Assembly: GCF_006345805.1 (NCBI RefSeq)
Contig: NC_043001.1
Location: 59,272,001-59,336,000 of the forward strand
Direction of reading: 5' to 3'
Source of the DNA: Octopus sinensis
Taxonomy: Eukaryota
Length of the DNA stretch: 64,000 nt
Position 1 is the first letter of the stretch. The number at the start of each line of letters is the position of its first letter. Below the pieces are notes generated by a model. That model was not told the DNA's origin, did not search any database, and was given only the letters and a program-made list of their open reading frames with translations. Of this stretch, positions 63,311 to 64,000 are shown one piece after another. A program made the position numbers and the translations under genes.

Positions 63311-64000
63311 ATAATAACAATTGTCCCCAGACCAGAAATTAGGAAGGGAAAATGGCAGTTTCCATGGAGCCCTGTACTTCACAATTACATTAATTTATCG
63401 ATCCTGGAATGATAAATAGCAATAGTGAGTTTTGACTAAGAACATAGGAAACAAGATAAAAATACGATAGGACATTTTTTTCGCCTCTATACCGCTTATA
63501 CCAATCAACCGCCCATTTGTGTGATTCTAAGGCAGGAGGTCAACAGTTTCGAGGTGATTCTGCTTTATTCTTTCCATCCAGGAGAAGTGAAAAACAAGTT
63601 TGAAGTCGGTGGGGTTTCAATTCGGGGCGCTGTGAACCATACGATTGCTGCAACGTAATGTATTCGATCTACTAACGACCGTGTTACTTGGCTTTTAGTT
63701 AAGATATAGGAGATATCAGTCGAGTGAAAATTAGTCATATTTCTTAGACTAATAAAGTTTCTATAATTTTTCGAAAATTACATGAATTTGAGGTTGTAAA
63801 ATCAATGGATTTGCGGATTGTGTTGATATTTGAGAAGAAAGGGAAGAAAAGCAGAAAAAAAAATCATAATTTTATTCACATAAAATTTAGATGAAAATTT
63901 CAGGATTATTATTAGTGTTGGTGGCAAATACACTTCCTGCATATTACATTCTAAGGTAAACATAGTCAAACTGAAAGACAGCCATTCAACTCGATCATTT

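Overview
This is AT-rich eukaryotic (animal) DNA, very dense in microsatellites and transposon relics. The tRNA-derived SINE families and the (TA)n/(CA)n/(GATA)n density look like an octopus or other cephalopod genome, which is an inference. I found no host protein-coding exon I can support, and nearly all ORFs in the track are microsatellite artefacts. The main signal is at 1-1924: a head-to-tail array of about 4 near-identical 486-487 bp units, running off the left edge. Each unit carries one complete type I hammerhead ribozyme (HHR) on the + strand, and most of the unit pairs into G-U-rich hairpins. This is what a retrozyme-like satellite making a ~487-nt viroid-like circular RNA would look like. 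The window also holds a 5'-truncated Penelope-like element (PLE; RT plus C-terminal GIY-YIG, ~51960-55196). Its 3' end carries an HHR of the same design (long stem II, palindromic stem III, GUA site) and also ends at (TA)n, so it is a plausible mobilising partner family. Other (TA)n-anchored non-coding elements carry canonical or variant-core HHRs (3256-3300, 18633-18668, 34943-34977, 58892-58934, possibly 55536-55580). One further family has a covarying non-HHR structure (23173-23677 and 57140-57602). The rest comprises SINEs, CR1 and L1/Tx1 LINE relics, Tc1/mariner relics (one DD36E), non-autonomous Helitrons, a TTAGGG-containing palindromic MITE, a solo LTR and long palindromes. All base-pairing was read by eye; no folding or database search was run.
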